Shown: positions 25,289-35,687 of the stretch, one piece after another
Layout of the letters: every line of letters starts with the position of its first letter
How positions within the stretch are numbered: the stretch's first letter is position 1
Assembly (NCBI GenBank): GCA_964510485.1
Contig: CAZEBT010000001.1
Coordinates: forward strand, 1 to 53,452
DNA length: 53,452 nucleotides
Direction of reading: 5' to 3'
Source: an uncultured Dehalococcoidales bacterium
GTDB taxonomy: Bacteria; Chloroflexota; Dehalococcoidia; Dehalococcoidales; Fen-1064
The notes under the pieces: model-generated
Told to the model about the DNA's origin: nothing
Database searches by the model: none
What the model saw: only the letters and a program-made list of their open reading frames with translations
Translations under genes and position numbers: made by a program

Positions 25289-27424
25289 ATGATTACACAA
25301 GCTGTTTTTCCCTTGGCTCAGCTCCTGGTGCTGCTCACCAGGGCTATCAACTGTCAGAGGGTGGGCTTATTCTTTGCTGAGGCTGATAGCCGGGATTTTA
25401 CTGCCAGAATTGTTGAGCCTGACGGGGCAGACGGATTCGTGTCCAAGATACTCGGGGCTGACAGCCCTGTTATTGAGTATCTGGGGCGGGAACATAAGCC
25501 GTTATCCAGGGAGCAGTTATCGGTATTGCCTGAATTCAGTGGTCTATCTGAGGCAGAGAAGAAAGATATAAAGTCGGGTGGGATAGAGCTATTGGTGCCT
25601 CTGATAGGTCATGATAGATTGATAGGTGTCCTGGTGCTGGAAAGGAAGGTGAGTGGCCAGTACACGCCTGAAGACCTCACTCTGCTGGAGGACTTTGCCC
25701 ACAGGGTTGCCGGGAGTATATATAAGGAGTACCTGCGGGAGCAACCCGGGGAGTATCAGAAGGAGCTGTCGGTCATTGACCGCTCCAGTGCCATCATTAC
25801 ATCCAGCCTGGATATTCAGAGAATATATGATAGCTTCATAGAGGAGCTGAAGAGGGTGGTTGATGTCAACTGGGCAGCAATTGCTCTCATTGAGGAAGAC
25901 GAGATTCATTTCCAGGCGCTGTCCTCGGAGATAGGCTCGCCCTGGCAGCTGGGGGAGCGGATATCGATAAAGGGCACAGCTACCGAATGGATAGCCAGTA
26001 AAAGAAAGGCTGTTATTGAACCCGACCTGCTGGTGGAAAGCAGGTTTGCCACGGGAAAGCATCACTTGAGGCAGGGGGTACGCTCAATTGCCTACCTCCC
26101 ACTGATTATAGGTGATGAGGTTATCGGGAGTTTGATTGTAGCCAGCCAGCGTCCTGATGCCTATGGCCAGCGGCAGGCTGATATCCTGGAGGAGCTGGCT
26201 TCCCGGATAGCCGGGCCGGTTGAGAATTCCCGTCTCTATGCCAGGGCACAGCGAATGGCTCGTGTTGATGAGCTTACCGGCTTGCTGAACCGCCGCTCTC
26301 TCGATGAAATCATTGACAGTGAGATTAACCGTCATTCTCGTTATGGGGGTGTACTATCATTAATCATTCTGGATGTTGACTCTATGAAGAGGGTCAATGA
26401 CACTCAGGGGCATCTGGCCGGTGATAAACTCCTCCGGCAGGTCGGCAGTATTCTAGCAAGAACTATAAGGAGGTCTGACCAGGGTTTCCGCTATGGCGGG
26501 GATGAATTTGCCGTTCTTCTACCGCAGACATCAATTGATGCTGCCATGCACGTGGCTGAGCGTATTCGCCTGCAAACAGCGTCGGGGACCAAGGAGAGTA
26601 TCCCGGCTACTGCCAGTCTTGGCCTGGCAAGCTGGCCAACCGAGGGTCTCACGCCGGACGAGGTGATTGCTGCGGCTGATTCGGCACTTTATCAGGCTAA
26701 GCGGAGCGGTGGCAACCGAATCCAGCGTTACCAGACAAGTTCACTGATTTCCAATTACACGGTGGCAAGTACTCAGAAAAATGATGACAGTGAAGCCCTG
26801 AGTACCATCTATTTCATGGCGGCAGCCGTTGATGCCAGGGACCACTACACTGGCGACCATTCAAGAAAGGTGAACAAGTATGCGGTAGCCATGGGGAAGG
26901 CGCTGAATCTGGAACCACAGGAGGTAAGCAGGATAAGCGCCTGTGCCTTATTGCATGATATCGGCAAGGTCGGCATTAGTGACGGGATACTCAACAAGCC
27001 TGACAAATTGACGGAAGAGGAATGGAAGGTAATCAAGTCTCATCCCCAGTTGGGGGCGACTATTGCCAGTCACGTTCATCAACTGGCTCCCTATATACCC
27101 GGTATCCTGTACCATCATGAGAGGTATGACGGGGGTGGCTATCCCGAAGGTCTAAAGGGTGAAGAGATACCGCTGGAGGCTCGTATTCTGGCTATAGCCG
27201 ATTCCTTTGCTGCCATGACCTCTGCCCGGCACTACTCTGCTGCTCTGCCTTATGAGAAAGCGGTTCAGGAGATAAAGGATGGCGCCGGCACACAGTTTGA
27301 CCCCAGCCTGGTTGAGGTTTTTCTATCAGTTCTCGAAGAAATATCGTCTCCATATGACGGCGTTGCCGGGGCGGAAGCGTTAGAAGATAATGTTACCCCT
27401 GTTGCCACCAGGGGTTTCAAGTGA
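25289..27424 (+). CDS. GAF-GAF-GGDEF-HD-GYP multidomain c-di-GMP turnover protein
   Basis: 711 aa with two GAF-like N-terminal modules. The GGDEF domain carries the I-site RRSD five residues before RYGGDEF. The HD-GYP domain carries LLHDIGK and HHERYDGGGYPEG. Confidence 0.9.
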   Translation: MITQAVFPLAQLLVLLTRAINCQRVGLFFAEADSRDFTARIVEPDGADGFVSKILGADSPVIEYLGREHKPLSREQLSVLPEFSGLSEAEKKDIKSGGIELLVPLIGHDRLIGVLVLERKVSGQYTPEDLTLLEDFAHRVAGSIYKEYLREQPGEYQKELSVIDRSSAIITSSLDIQRIYDSFIEELKRVVDVNWAAIALIEEDEIHFQALSSEIGSPWQLGERISIKGTATEWIASKRKAVIEPDLLVESRFATGKHHLRQGVRSIAYLPLIIGDEVIGSLIVASQRPDAYGQRQADILEELASRIAGPVENSRLYARAQRMARVDELTGLLNRRSLDEIIDSEINRHSRYGGVLSLIILDVDSMKRVNDTQGHLAGDKLLRQVGSILARTIRRSDQGFRYGGDEFAVLLPQTSIDAAMHVAERIRLQTASGTKESIPATASLGLASWPTEGLTPDEVIAAADSALYQAKRSGGNRIQRYQTSSLISNYTVASTQKNDDSEALSTIYFMAAAVDARDHYTGDHSRKVNKYAVAMGKALNLEPQEVSRISACALLHDIGKVGISDGILNKPDKLTEEEWKVIKSHPQLGATIASHVHQLAPYIPGILYHHERYDGGGYPEGLKGEEIPLEARILAIADSFAAMTSARHYSAALPYEKAVQEIKDGAGTQFDPSLVEVFLSVLEEISSPYDGVAGAEALEDNVTPVATRGFK

Positions 27425-27434
27425 GGGTCTTAAA

Positions 27435-28106
27435 ATGAATAATAAGATACAGGTGTTCATAGTTAGTCAGCAGTCCATTTTTCGGCGGGGAGTAGAATTC
27501 TCGCTCTCCTCGACAGAGGACATCGAGGTCCTGGGTGGAGCCAGTGCCAACGGTGAAGCGCTCTCCGCAATCGACAACCTGCCACCGGATGTAGCCATTG
27601 TGGACATTGATAGTTCCCCGGATGGTGGACTTATGCTGGCCCGTATGATAAAACAGCGCTTACCCTGTGTTGGTATAGTTGCCCTTAGCTCCAATCTCAA
27701 CGACGGCCAGCTCTTCCAGGCGCTGAAAACCCAGGTAGCAGCCTACCTGAATAAGGAGATTGATGCTGATGAGCTGGCTGGTGCTATCAGGCGCGTGGCT
27801 AGTGGCGAGCACCCCATAAATGAGAGCCTTGTTGCGCGACCGAATGTAGCCAACAGGGTGTTAGCCGAGTTTCAGGAGCTCTCCTGGCAAAGTGAGGCCT
27901 TCATCTCCCCCCTCACCTCCAGAGAGACACAAATCCTTAATTATATTGCTCAGGGCTACCTCAACAAGCAGATTGCCATTGAACTCGATATTAGTGAGCA
28001 GACTATAAAGAATCACGTTACTTCTATCCTGCGAAAACTGAATGCCAATGCTCGCACCGAGGCTGTGGTCATTGGCATAAAGCAGGGCTTGATATCTCTC
28101 AACTAG
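27435..28106 (+). CDS. NarL/LuxR-family response regulator with an atypical receiver domain
   Basis: The ATG at 27435 (MNNKIQVFIV) lies inside track ORF 27390-28106. The receiver has the acceptor Asp (AIVDID), Ser (VALSS) and Lys (YLNKE), but the usual DD pair is replaced by SQ (FIVSQQS). The C-terminal LuxR HTH reads LTSRETQILNYIAQGYLNKQIAIELDISEQTIKNH. Confidence 0.85.
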   Translation: MNNKIQVFIVSQQSIFRRGVEFSLSSTEDIEVLGGASANGEALSAIDNLPPDVAIVDIDSSPDGGLMLARMIKQRLPCVGIVALSSNLNDGQLFQALKTQVAAYLNKEIDADELAGAIRRVASGEHPINESLVARPNVANRVLAEFQELSWQSEAFISPLTSRETQILNYIAQGYLNKQIAIELDISEQTIKNHVTSILRKLNANARTEAVVIGIKQGLISLN

Positions 28107-28233
28107 GTGTTTGCTCTGTTTCAGTTGCATCAGTAAAAGAAATAAAAAATCTGGAGCCTGCATCCAAGAATTCCACACCCTCTGTACGGGACAATTGCGG
28201 AAGCTGACGGATGCCTAGTATACAGATGAACAG

Positions 28234-28575
28234 GTGAGTAAGTTGAAGAGCGTCAAGGCTTTCTGGGGTGGGGCTCGACGGATGAGGTATATTCTCGGTA
28301 CTCTGATTGCTCTGGTAGTCGCAGACGGTCTGATAAGCAACTTTCTGATAAGACAGGGGCTGGCCTGGGAAGGTAACCCGTTTCTGGAGGCTCTGGTAGG
28401 AGGGGGAGCTTTCCTGGTCATAAAGATACTGGGTGCGCTCTTCTGTGCACTCGTTCTGTGGGATATTCATAGACAGTGGCCCAGGCTGGGGCTAATTAGC
28501 AGTCTGTGCTTTGTGTGCCTGTACACGGGAATCGTATTCTGGAACTTATGCGCCTTCTTTATTGCGCAGGCGTGA
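28234..28575 (+). CDS. DUF5658-like small membrane protein
   Basis: 113 aa with 4 TM helices. The motif VVADGLISNFLIRQGLAWEGNPF matches the D...G..E.NP pattern of DUF5658. Confidence 0.55.
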   Translation: MSKLKSVKAFWGGARRMRYILGTLIALVVADGLISNFLIRQGLAWEGNPFLEALVGGGAFLVIKILGALFCALVLWDIHRQWPRLGLISSLCFVCLYTGIVFWNLCAFFIAQA

Positions 28576-28625
28576 GCATATTCTGTAGATACTCCGCTGC
28601 CCCGGGTCTGGTTTACATAACACTC

Positions 28626-30059
28626 TCAAGCCGAAACAGGTGGACGGCGGCCTGCCCAGGGCCTTGCCTTCTCAAGCTGTGCTGCCAGGCGGAAGAGGGT
28701 TGCCTCGTCCCCGAAGCGCCCGATGAAGTGGCAGCCTATCGGTAACCCCTGGTCGTTCCAGAAGAGTGGCACCGACATAGCCGGCTGCCCGGTGATATTG
28801 CAGAGCGGTGTGAAGGGCACAAACTCGGCAGAACGGAGCATTCCCAGTAACGGGTTGTCCGGCGGGGAGTCAAAGGTGCCCAGAGGCACCGGCGGCTCAC
28901 CAAGGGTGGGTGTCAGAATAATATCGTAATCAATGAACAGACGGCCGATTTCACGCGATATCATTTGTAACCCTGTTACGGCGAGCACGTAGGCTGATGC
29001 GCTCTGCTGTTGACCCATCTCATATAGAGCCCAGGTGAGCGGCTCAAAATCGTCTCTGGTGGGTGTCTGGCCAGTTATGAGGGCAATGCCGTCAATGTTA
29101 CTGGTACAGCCTGCCGACCACACAGTCATGAACCACTCGGTTATCTTGTCACCAGGAAGTTCCAGGGTGGTCTCAACCACATTGTGGCCCAGGTCGGCGC
29201 ATAATGCCGCCGCATCATGCACTGCACTAACGCAGTCTGTGTGGACGGTGGCACCCGTGGTAGCCGTGGTGGTAAAGGCGATACGTAGTTGCCCGGGGTC
29301 AGTGCCTACCTCCTTGAGGAACGGGCGCAGCGGGGGTGGTGCCCAGTACGGGTCACCCACACCGGGTCCCGAGGTGGCATCAAGCAGGGCAGCGCTGTCC
29401 CGCACCGAGCGGGTGAGGGCGTGCTCGACAACCAGCCCGCTGAATATATCGCCGAAATCAGGGCCGAGTGTATTGCGTGCCCGGGTGGGCTTGAGGCCGA
29501 AGATGCCGCAGCATGAGGACGGAATCCGAATTGACCCAGCGCCGTCGCTACCGTGAGCCATGGGAACCATACCGGCTGCTACGGCAGCGGCTGCGCCTCC
29601 GCTGGAACCACCGGTAGTCCGGCTTGTGTCCCATGGATTTCGACTCGGTCCAAACAGGTGGGGCTCCGTAGTCGGGAGGATGCCGAACTCCGGCAGGTTG
29701 GTCTTCCCGAGGATAATGAGACCGGCGCGCTTCTGTCGCACCACTAATTCACTGTCATGGTCGGGCACGAAATCGCGTTGAAAGGCTGTCCCTGATGTCA
29801 TCCGCACCCCGCGGTAAGAGGCGTGCAGGTCCTTGAGTAAGAAGGGCACGCCTGTAAAGGGCCCGTCGGGCAGCTCAGCAGTGGCTGCGGCACGTGCCTG
29901 CTCATACATCGGTGTGACCACTGCATTGAGCGTGGGATTCAGGCGTTCAATCCGTTCGATAGCTGCCTCTACGAGCTCAATTGCCTTGACCTCTTTTCGC
30001 CGAACAAGCCCAGCCTGTGCAGTTGCGTCCATAAAGGCAGTGTCATCCAGTTTCACCAT
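28626..30059 (-). CDS. Amidase (amidase-signature family)
   Basis: 477 aa with the AS motif [16 protein letters not shown]...[13 protein letters not shown]. Confidence 0.9.
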   Translation of the reverse strand: MVKLDDTAFMDATAQAGLVRRKEVKAIELVEAAIERIERLNPTLNAVVTPMYEQARAAATAELPDGPFTGVPFLLKDLHASYRGVRMTSGTAFQRDFVPDHDSELVVRQKRAGLIILGKTNLPEFGILPTTEPHLFGPSRNPWDTSRTTGGSSGGAAAAVAAGMVPMAHGSDGAGSIRIPSSCCGIFGLKPTRARNTLGPDFGDIFSGLVVEHALTRSVRDSAALLDATSGPGVGDPYWAPPPLRPFLKEVGTDPGQLRIAFTTTATTGATVHTDCVSAVHDAAALCADLGHNVVETTLELPGDKITEWFMTVWSAGCTSNIDGIALITGQTPTRDDFEPLTWALYEMGQQQSASAYVLAVTGLQMISREIGRLFIDYDIILTPTLGEPPVPLGTFDSPPDNPLLGMLRSAEFVPFTPLCNITGQPAMSVPLFWNDQGLPIGCHFIGRFGDEATLFRLAAQLEKARPWAGRRPPVSA

Positions 30060-30287
30060 GGCTACTTCTCCTCTACAAAAAGTTTGGCTATGCCTGTTGC
30101 CTGCCAGTGCTGTTCAAACATGCCTGGTATCAGGCTAATCCACTTGACCTGATAGAAGGTTAACGGCTGGAGTGCTGGATGTCAAGCCTTCCCGGAAGCC
30201 TGGAGCCAGCTCACCTGATTATTGGTAATACTGGTGCTCTATTGACCTATGATGTATAATCTATTTGAGATAAATAGGAGGTGCATC

Positions 30288-31997
30288 GTGGAAGCCAGAG
30301 CCAGATATGAAGAAAGGCCGTGGTTGAAGTTTTATCTTGATGGGGTTCCACCTGATGTTGATATTCCGGAACAGTCCGTGGTTGAGACGTTTGATGATGC
30401 CACGGACAGGTGGGGAAATAAGACAGCCTTGATATTTTATGGCAGGAAGATGAATTATCGGGAGCTACGAGACCAGGTTGATAGATTTGCTACCGCCCTG
30501 TACGATTTGGGAATCAAGAAGGGGGATAGGGTTGCCCTGCTCTTGCTGAACTCTCCTCAGTTTATCATAGCCTATTTCGGGGCGCTTAAAGCCGGGGCTA
30601 CCCTGACCCCGATTAGCCCCGTTTATGTTTCTCCCGAAATCAAACATCAGATTGAAGACAGCGGGGCGAAGACACTCGTCTGTCAGGACATTCTCTACGA
30701 CCACGTAGAGAGGTCGGGTGTTGAATTAGACAGGGTCATCCTAACTGGTATCGCCGAGTACTTACCTGGCTTGAAGAGGCTCCTGGGGAAAAGTATGCTC
30801 CGGGCGGTATATCAAAAAATGTCAGCACCATCCCAGGAAATCTTTGAAAGAGAGGGTTTCTATCAGTTCCAGGAGCTGGTTAAGAAGTATCCGCCGAATC
30901 CGCCCAAAATCGAGTTCAATGTTAGGCAGGACCTGGTGACGCTCCCCTATACCGGAGGAACGACGGGACTGCCGAAGGGTGCCATGATAACCCATCATAA
31001 TATTGTGGCTGCCCATCATCTGGGTAAGGTCTACTGGGGAAACGTTGTTGAGGAGGGCAAAGAGGTAATGTTAGCCTATTTACCCTTCTACCATATCTAT
31101 GGCCAGTCGGTGATAATGCTGGGTGGTATATCTCAGGGCTTTACTCTGGTGATATTTACCACCCCCGACCTTGATGATATCTTAAATTCCATAGAGAGCT
31201 ATAAGGCAACGATATTTTACAGCGTGCCATCCCTGTATGAGGCTCTCCGGGATTATGCCCGAACCGACAGGGTGAACTGGAAGCGTATCAAGGTGCTCAT
31301 CTCAGGCGCTGATGCCCTTCTTGAGGACACTGCCAGGGGCTGGGAGCAGCGGACCGGCGCCAAAATCCACGAGGGCTGGGGGATGACCGAAACCAGCTCG
31401 GTGGGTATGCTTAACCCTTATGGTCGGACCAAGGTCGGTTCCTTTGGAACACCTATATCCAACACTATGGCTGCCATAGTTAATCCTGAGGGCAGTGAGT
31501 TCCTACCGGTTGGTGAGGTAGGCGAGCTGATAGTTAGAGGCCCACAGGTAATGCTGGGGTACTGGAATAGACCGGAAGAAACAAAAAACGCATTTGTGAA
31601 AGTAGGTGGTGAGACATGGCTCAGGACCAGCGACCTGGCAAGCATGGATGAGGAGGGCTATTTCTATTTCTACGATAGAAAGAGGGACATGATTAAATAT
31701 AAGGGCCTGGCTGTATTTGCCCGGGAGGTGGAAGAAGTCCTGGCAAATCACCCCCAGATTAAAGAGGCAGGGGTTATCGGCGTCCCGGACCCGGATGTCG
31801 GGGAGCAGGTTAAGGCAGTGGTAGTCCCGGAGACCGAGGCGCGGGGCAAGTTAATGGAGGAGGAAATCATCAAGTATTGTCAAGAAAGACTGGCTCACTA
31901 TAAGTGTCCCAAGATTGTTGAATTTAGGGGCGAGGTGCCCAAAACAGATGTCGGCAAGGTATCCCGGCGGGAGCTGAGAGAAGAGGGGGAGGTTTAA
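30288..31997 (+). CDS. Long-chain/medium-chain acyl-CoA ligase (AMP-forming, ANL family)
   Basis: The track ORF starts at 30249, but GGAGG (30277-30281) lies 6 nt before the GTG at 30288 and a TATAAT (30255-30260) lies inside the longer ORF. AMP-binding motifs are YTGGTTGLPKGA, GWGMTE and YFYFYDRKRD. Confidence 0.88.
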   Translation: MEARARYEERPWLKFYLDGVPPDVDIPEQSVVETFDDATDRWGNKTALIFYGRKMNYRELRDQVDRFATALYDLGIKKGDRVALLLLNSPQFIIAYFGALKAGATLTPISPVYVSPEIKHQIEDSGAKTLVCQDILYDHVERSGVELDRVILTGIAEYLPGLKRLLGKSMLRAVYQKMSAPSQEIFEREGFYQFQELVKKYPPNPPKIEFNVRQDLVTLPYTGGTTGLPKGAMITHHNIVAAHHLGKVYWGNVVEEGKEVMLAYLPFYHIYGQSVIMLGGISQGFTLVIFTTPDLDDILNSIESYKATIFYSVPSLYEALRDYARTDRVNWKRIKVLISGADALLEDTARGWEQRTGAKIHEGWGMTETSSVGMLNPYGRTKVGSFGTPISNTMAAIVNPEGSEFLPVGEVGELIVRGPQVMLGYWNRPEETKNAFVKVGGETWLRTSDLASMDEEGYFYFYDRKRDMIKYKGLAVFAREVEEVLANHPQIKEAGVIGVPDPDVGEQVKAVVVPETEARGKLMEEEIIKYCQERLAHYKCPKIVEFRGEVPKTDVGKVSRRELREEGEV

Positions 31998-31998
31998 A

Positions 31999-32769
31999 AT
32001 GGCATCATTTTTTGAGGTGGAGGGTCTCACCAAAAGCTTCGGTGGACTTGTTGCTGTAAAGGATGTCAGCTTTCGAGTAGAGAGGGATGAAATCGTCGGG
32101 CTTATTGGCCCCAATGGTGCCGGCAAGACTACGCTGGTAAGGTGCATACTGGGCATATTGAAACCTGATTCTGGCAGGGTAACATTTAAGGGTGAAGATA
32201 TTACCAGGCGGCGTCCCTGGGATGTTGTGCAGAGGGGTCTGGTGGGGACTTTTCAGGTAGTCAAGCCGTTTCGCCGTCTGCCTATTATTGCTAATGTTAT
32301 GGTAGGGTGTCTCTCTCCGCGGGTAAAGAAGCGTGGGGAGTGGGTCAAGAGGGTGGAGGTAAAGGCGCGGGATGCCCTGGAGTTTGTCGGGATTGCTGAC
32401 CTTGCCCTTGAGCCAGCCTCCGTCCTGTCACATGGGGATTTAAAAAGGCTGGAGGTAGCCAGGGCAATAGCTACCGACCCCGAATTGCTTGTGCTCGACG
32501 AGCCCTTTGGTGGGCTGAATCCTGCCGAAACAGAACTTATGGCTAAATCAATAAAACGATTGCACAAGGGGGGAAGGTTCGGCAGGCTGCATAGTGAGGG
32601 TCCGGCCATGCTTATCATAGAGCACAAACTGCACGAACTGATGAAGATAGTTGATAGGGTGATAGTGCTTAACTTTGGAGAGGTTCTTGCCGGGGGCACC
32701 CCTGAAGAAATAGCCAAGGATGAGCAGGTAATTGAGGCCTATACCGGGAAGGAGGTGCTCGTTGCTTGA
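31999..32769 (+). CDS. livG: Branched-chain amino acid-type ABC transporter ATP-binding protein (LivG-like)
   Basis: 256 aa with Walker A GPNGAGKTT, the signature SHGDLKRLEVARA and Walker B LLVLDEP. Confidence 0.85.
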   Translation: MASFFEVEGLTKSFGGLVAVKDVSFRVERDEIVGLIGPNGAGKTTLVRCILGILKPDSGRVTFKGEDITRRRPWDVVQRGLVGTFQVVKPFRRLPIIANVMVGCLSPRVKKRGEWVKRVEVKARDALEFVGIADLALEPASVLSHGDLKRLEVARAIATDPELLVLDEPFGGLNPAETELMAKSIKRLHKGGRFGRLHSEGPAMLIIEHKLHELMKIVDRVIVLNFGEVLAGGTPEEIAKDEQVIEAYTGKEVLVA

Positions 32770-33511
32770 GATAAAGGGAGTAACCGTCCGTTATGATACC
32801 GCCATGGTACTGGATGAAGCGAGCCTGAAGGTTGAAAAGGGAGAACTGGTTGGGCTGGTCGGTCCTAATGGTGCTGGCAAGAGCACCCTGCTCCGGTCTG
32901 TAGCCGGTCTGGTAAGCTGGGAAAAGGAGGTATTGAGGGGAACCAGGAACGCAGATATAACCTTTGAAGGCACTATAGAGTTTGAAGGCGAGAGAATTGA
33001 AAGACTCTCGGCATCGGAGATAGCCAGGAGAGGCCTGATTCTCTGTCCGGAGAGAGGCAGGCCGTTTGCTGAAATGACAGTCAAGGATAATTTGCTGGCT
33101 GGTGCCTACCTTTGTAAAGACAGGGGTGAGGTGAGCGACAACCTTACCAAGGTCCATGAGTTATTCCCCAGGCTGAAGGAGAGGGGAGGGCAGATATCGG
33201 GGACGTTATCCGGTGGGGAACGACAGATGCTGTGCATCGGCCGGGCGCTAATGCACCAGCCCAAGTTCTTGCTGGTTGATGAACCATCCAGTGGACTGGC
33301 TCCGAAGTTGAAAGAGGACCTATTTAAGCGCGTAGAGGAGATCTATCACGAGCTGGGCGTTACCATCCTTCTGGCTGAGCAGGATGTCAGTTTCGCCTTC
33401 GACCTGGCAGTAAGAAGCTATGTCATGTCGCGGGGACACATAATTGCCCACGGCACAGCTAAAGAATTACTTAGCGACGAGACTATCAGAAAGACATACC
33501 TGGGCTTATAG
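32762..33511 (+). CDS. livF: Branched-chain amino acid-type ABC transporter ATP-binding protein (LivF-like)
   Basis: The TTG at 32762 follows GGAGGTG (the track ORF starts at 32732, inside livG). Motifs are Walker A GPNGAGKST, the signature LSGGERQML and Walker B FLLVDEP. Confidence 0.85.
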   Translation: MLEIKGVTVRYDTAMVLDEASLKVEKGELVGLVGPNGAGKSTLLRSVAGLVSWEKEVLRGTRNADITFEGTIEFEGERIERLSASEIARRGLILCPERGRPFAEMTVKDNLLAGAYLCKDRGEVSDNLTKVHELFPRLKERGGQISGTLSGGERQMLCIGRALMHQPKFLLVDEPSSGLAPKLKEDLFKRVEEIYHELGVTILLAEQDVSFAFDLAVRSYVMSRGHIIAHGTAKELLSDETIRKTYLGL

Positions 33512-33522
33512 ACCACCTTCGC

Positions 33523-34578
33523 TCAGTGTAAAGAGGCGCCGCAGGCCCGGCAGGTATGGCGAAACCAGACATTGGATAACTTACAGCGGGGACACTCTCT
33601 CTCAATCTTGTCGCGTATCCAGACAGCAATACCCTCCGGCATGAAGAGCAACATCAATATCACTATGGCGGCGAAGATAAAGAACCGCCACTCGTAAATC
33701 CCCCCTGTCTTCAGTAACTCCATGAGAGGATACAGCAAGTAGACCCCCAGCACCGGCCCGTAGATGCTAACGATACCGCCAAAGACCGTCCATATTATTA
33801 CCTGGAACGACAGCGTCAGGTCCAGTGTCGATGGGCCGGCGATTCTAATGATGTGAGCATACAGGGCGCCGGCAATTCCAGCGAAGAAACCACCTATGGC
33901 GAAAGCCAGCAGCTTATATTTTACGGTGTTGATTCCGCTGGCACGGGCTGTAATCTCATCCTCGCGAATAGCATGAAAAATAATCCCGGTTCTGACCAGG
34001 CTGCTTTTGGCATCGGTGAGCTTCCACATTATGAACACTGAGGCAATCATGACCAGCAGTGTCACGTAAAAGTTGACCGTCTTGGATTCGGAAATCCGGT
34101 CAAGGCCAGAAATACCCAGTTCGCCACCAGTGAAGTCGGTGAAAGCAAAAATGATACCAAGAAGGATAAGGGGGAAGGCTAAAGTGACCAGGGACAGGTA
34201 AGGACCTCTTAGCCTTAATGCCGGCAAACACATCACTACCCCGGCTATAACCCCGCCTAATGCCCCAATAGGCACTGTTGCCCATGGTTGCCAGCCCAGG
34301 TCTCTATTGAGGATAGCCGCTGTATAGGCGGCAACGCCGAAGAATAGAGCATGCCCAAAGTTTACCTGACCTGTATAGCCGGATATGAAGTCCCAGCTGA
34401 CAGCGAAAATAACAAACAGATTGGCGAAGGTAAGAACGCGCAGGAGAAATGGCTGTATCGCAATTGGTTGAGTAATTAAGGGAAAGAGAAATAAAAGCAG
34501 GAAGAAAACCAGGGCTATCAGCCTGCCCGGAATGGCTACCACATCACCCTGAAAATCCTTAAGCAGCCGCCTTATCAA
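33523..34578 (-). CDS. livM: LivM-like ABC permease with a C-terminal CxxC...CxxC zinc-ribbon tail
   Basis: 351 aa and polytopic. The C-terminus reads RECPRCKLSNVWFRHTCRACGASLH. Confidence 0.8.
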   Translation of the reverse strand: MIRRLLKDFQGDVVAIPGRLIALVFFLLLFLFPLITQPIAIQPFLLRVLTFANLFVIFAVSWDFISGYTGQVNFGHALFFGVAAYTAAILNRDLGWQPWATVPIGALGGVIAGVVMCLPALRLRGPYLSLVTLAFPLILLGIIFAFTDFTGGELGISGLDRISESKTVNFYVTLLVMIASVFIMWKLTDAKSSLVRTGIIFHAIREDEITARASGINTVKYKLLAFAIGGFFAGIAGALYAHIIRIAGPSTLDLTLSFQVIIWTVFGGIVSIYGPVLGVYLLYPLMELLKTGGIYEWRFFIFAAIVILMLLFMPEGIAVWIRDKIERECPRCKLSNVWFRHTCRACGASLH

Positions 34579-35637
34579 TTACAGTCTCTCCTCTTCAAAG
34601 GCTACGCCAAATAGCCCCTCGGGCCTGAACACAAGTACTCCTACCATGACGGCGAGGGCAAACGCCCCCTTCAGAAAGGCGCCTGTCGGGAGCAGGTAAA
34701 CAACCAGGACCTCGACCAGCGCCAGTATGAAGGCACCGATGAAACTTCCCTTAATGCTTCCCAGGCCTCCCAGGACGATGATTGCCATCATCATTACGAA
34801 TGGAGGCGTCCACATGTGGGGTTCAAGGACCAGCGTTGGAGCCACCAGGACTCCGGCAATAGCTGCCAGTCCTGATGCCAGGCCCATAACTATCAACAGT
34901 ATCCTGGAAACATCTATCCCCATCAGGTTAGCCACTTCGGTATCCTGAGCTGTAGCCCTGATGGCAATGCCCAGCTTTGTCTTTGTCAGGAGTAACCACA
35001 CCCCAAGAAGAACAACTAGGGCTACACCAAATGTCAACAGGTGTTGATAAGAGACCTTGACGCCAATTATTTCCCAGTATCCGGAAACGAAGCTCGGCGC
35101 TCCGAGATAGTGACCGCCGAAGGCAGGCACCAGAAGGATATACTCCTGAAAGACCATAGCCAGGGCGAGGGTAACCAGCAGCACGGTTACGTGATGCTCG
35201 CGTATACGGTCAATGAACAGCTTATAGGCGCCGCCGGCTATAAAGATGCTGAAGACAATGGACAGGATGATTGCCTTGGTGAGCGATACATCTACTCCCA
35301 TGCCGCGAATGAATCCTATCCCGAACCATATCAGGAGCAGCGCAATGGCAGCAGACAGGGCAATTGACACGATAGTGGGCAGGCGGAAAAGGAGAAACAG
35401 GCTATACGTGCCAACTGACATGAGGAATGCAACGACCAGCGCCAGGACAACTGATGAAACGGGGTCCAACCCGAGCACTTGGGCACAGGTATACAGGGCG
35501 TAGGCAGCCATCATGTAGAATGCAGTATGCGCCAGGTTTAGCATTCTGGCTACGCCGAAGATGAGGGAGAAGCCGATAGCGAGAAGGGCATATACCCCTC
35601 CCTTCACCAGCGTATTAACTAGAATTCCCTCAATCAT
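34579..35637 (-). CDS. livH: LivH-like ABC permease
   Basis: 352 aa and polytopic. Its stop abuts the livM start. Confidence 0.85.
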   Translation of the reverse strand: MIEGILVNTLVKGGVYALLAIGFSLIFGVARMLNLAHTAFYMMAAYALYTCAQVLGLDPVSSVVLALVVAFLMSVGTYSLFLLFRLPTIVSIALSAAIALLLIWFGIGFIRGMGVDVSLTKAIILSIVFSIFIAGGAYKLFIDRIREHHVTVLLVTLALAMVFQEYILLVPAFGGHYLGAPSFVSGYWEIIGVKVSYQHLLTFGVALVVLLGVWLLLTKTKLGIAIRATAQDTEVANLMGIDVSRILLIVMGLASGLAAIAGVLVAPTLVLEPHMWTPPFVMMMAIIVLGGLGSIKGSFIGAFILALVEVLVVYLLPTGAFLKGAFALAVMVGVLVFRPEGLFGVAFEEERL

Positions 35638-35687
35638 AGCCTGTCCGTCTGAGCACTACTTGCCGATGCCTCCTGGCCGCTTCTCAT

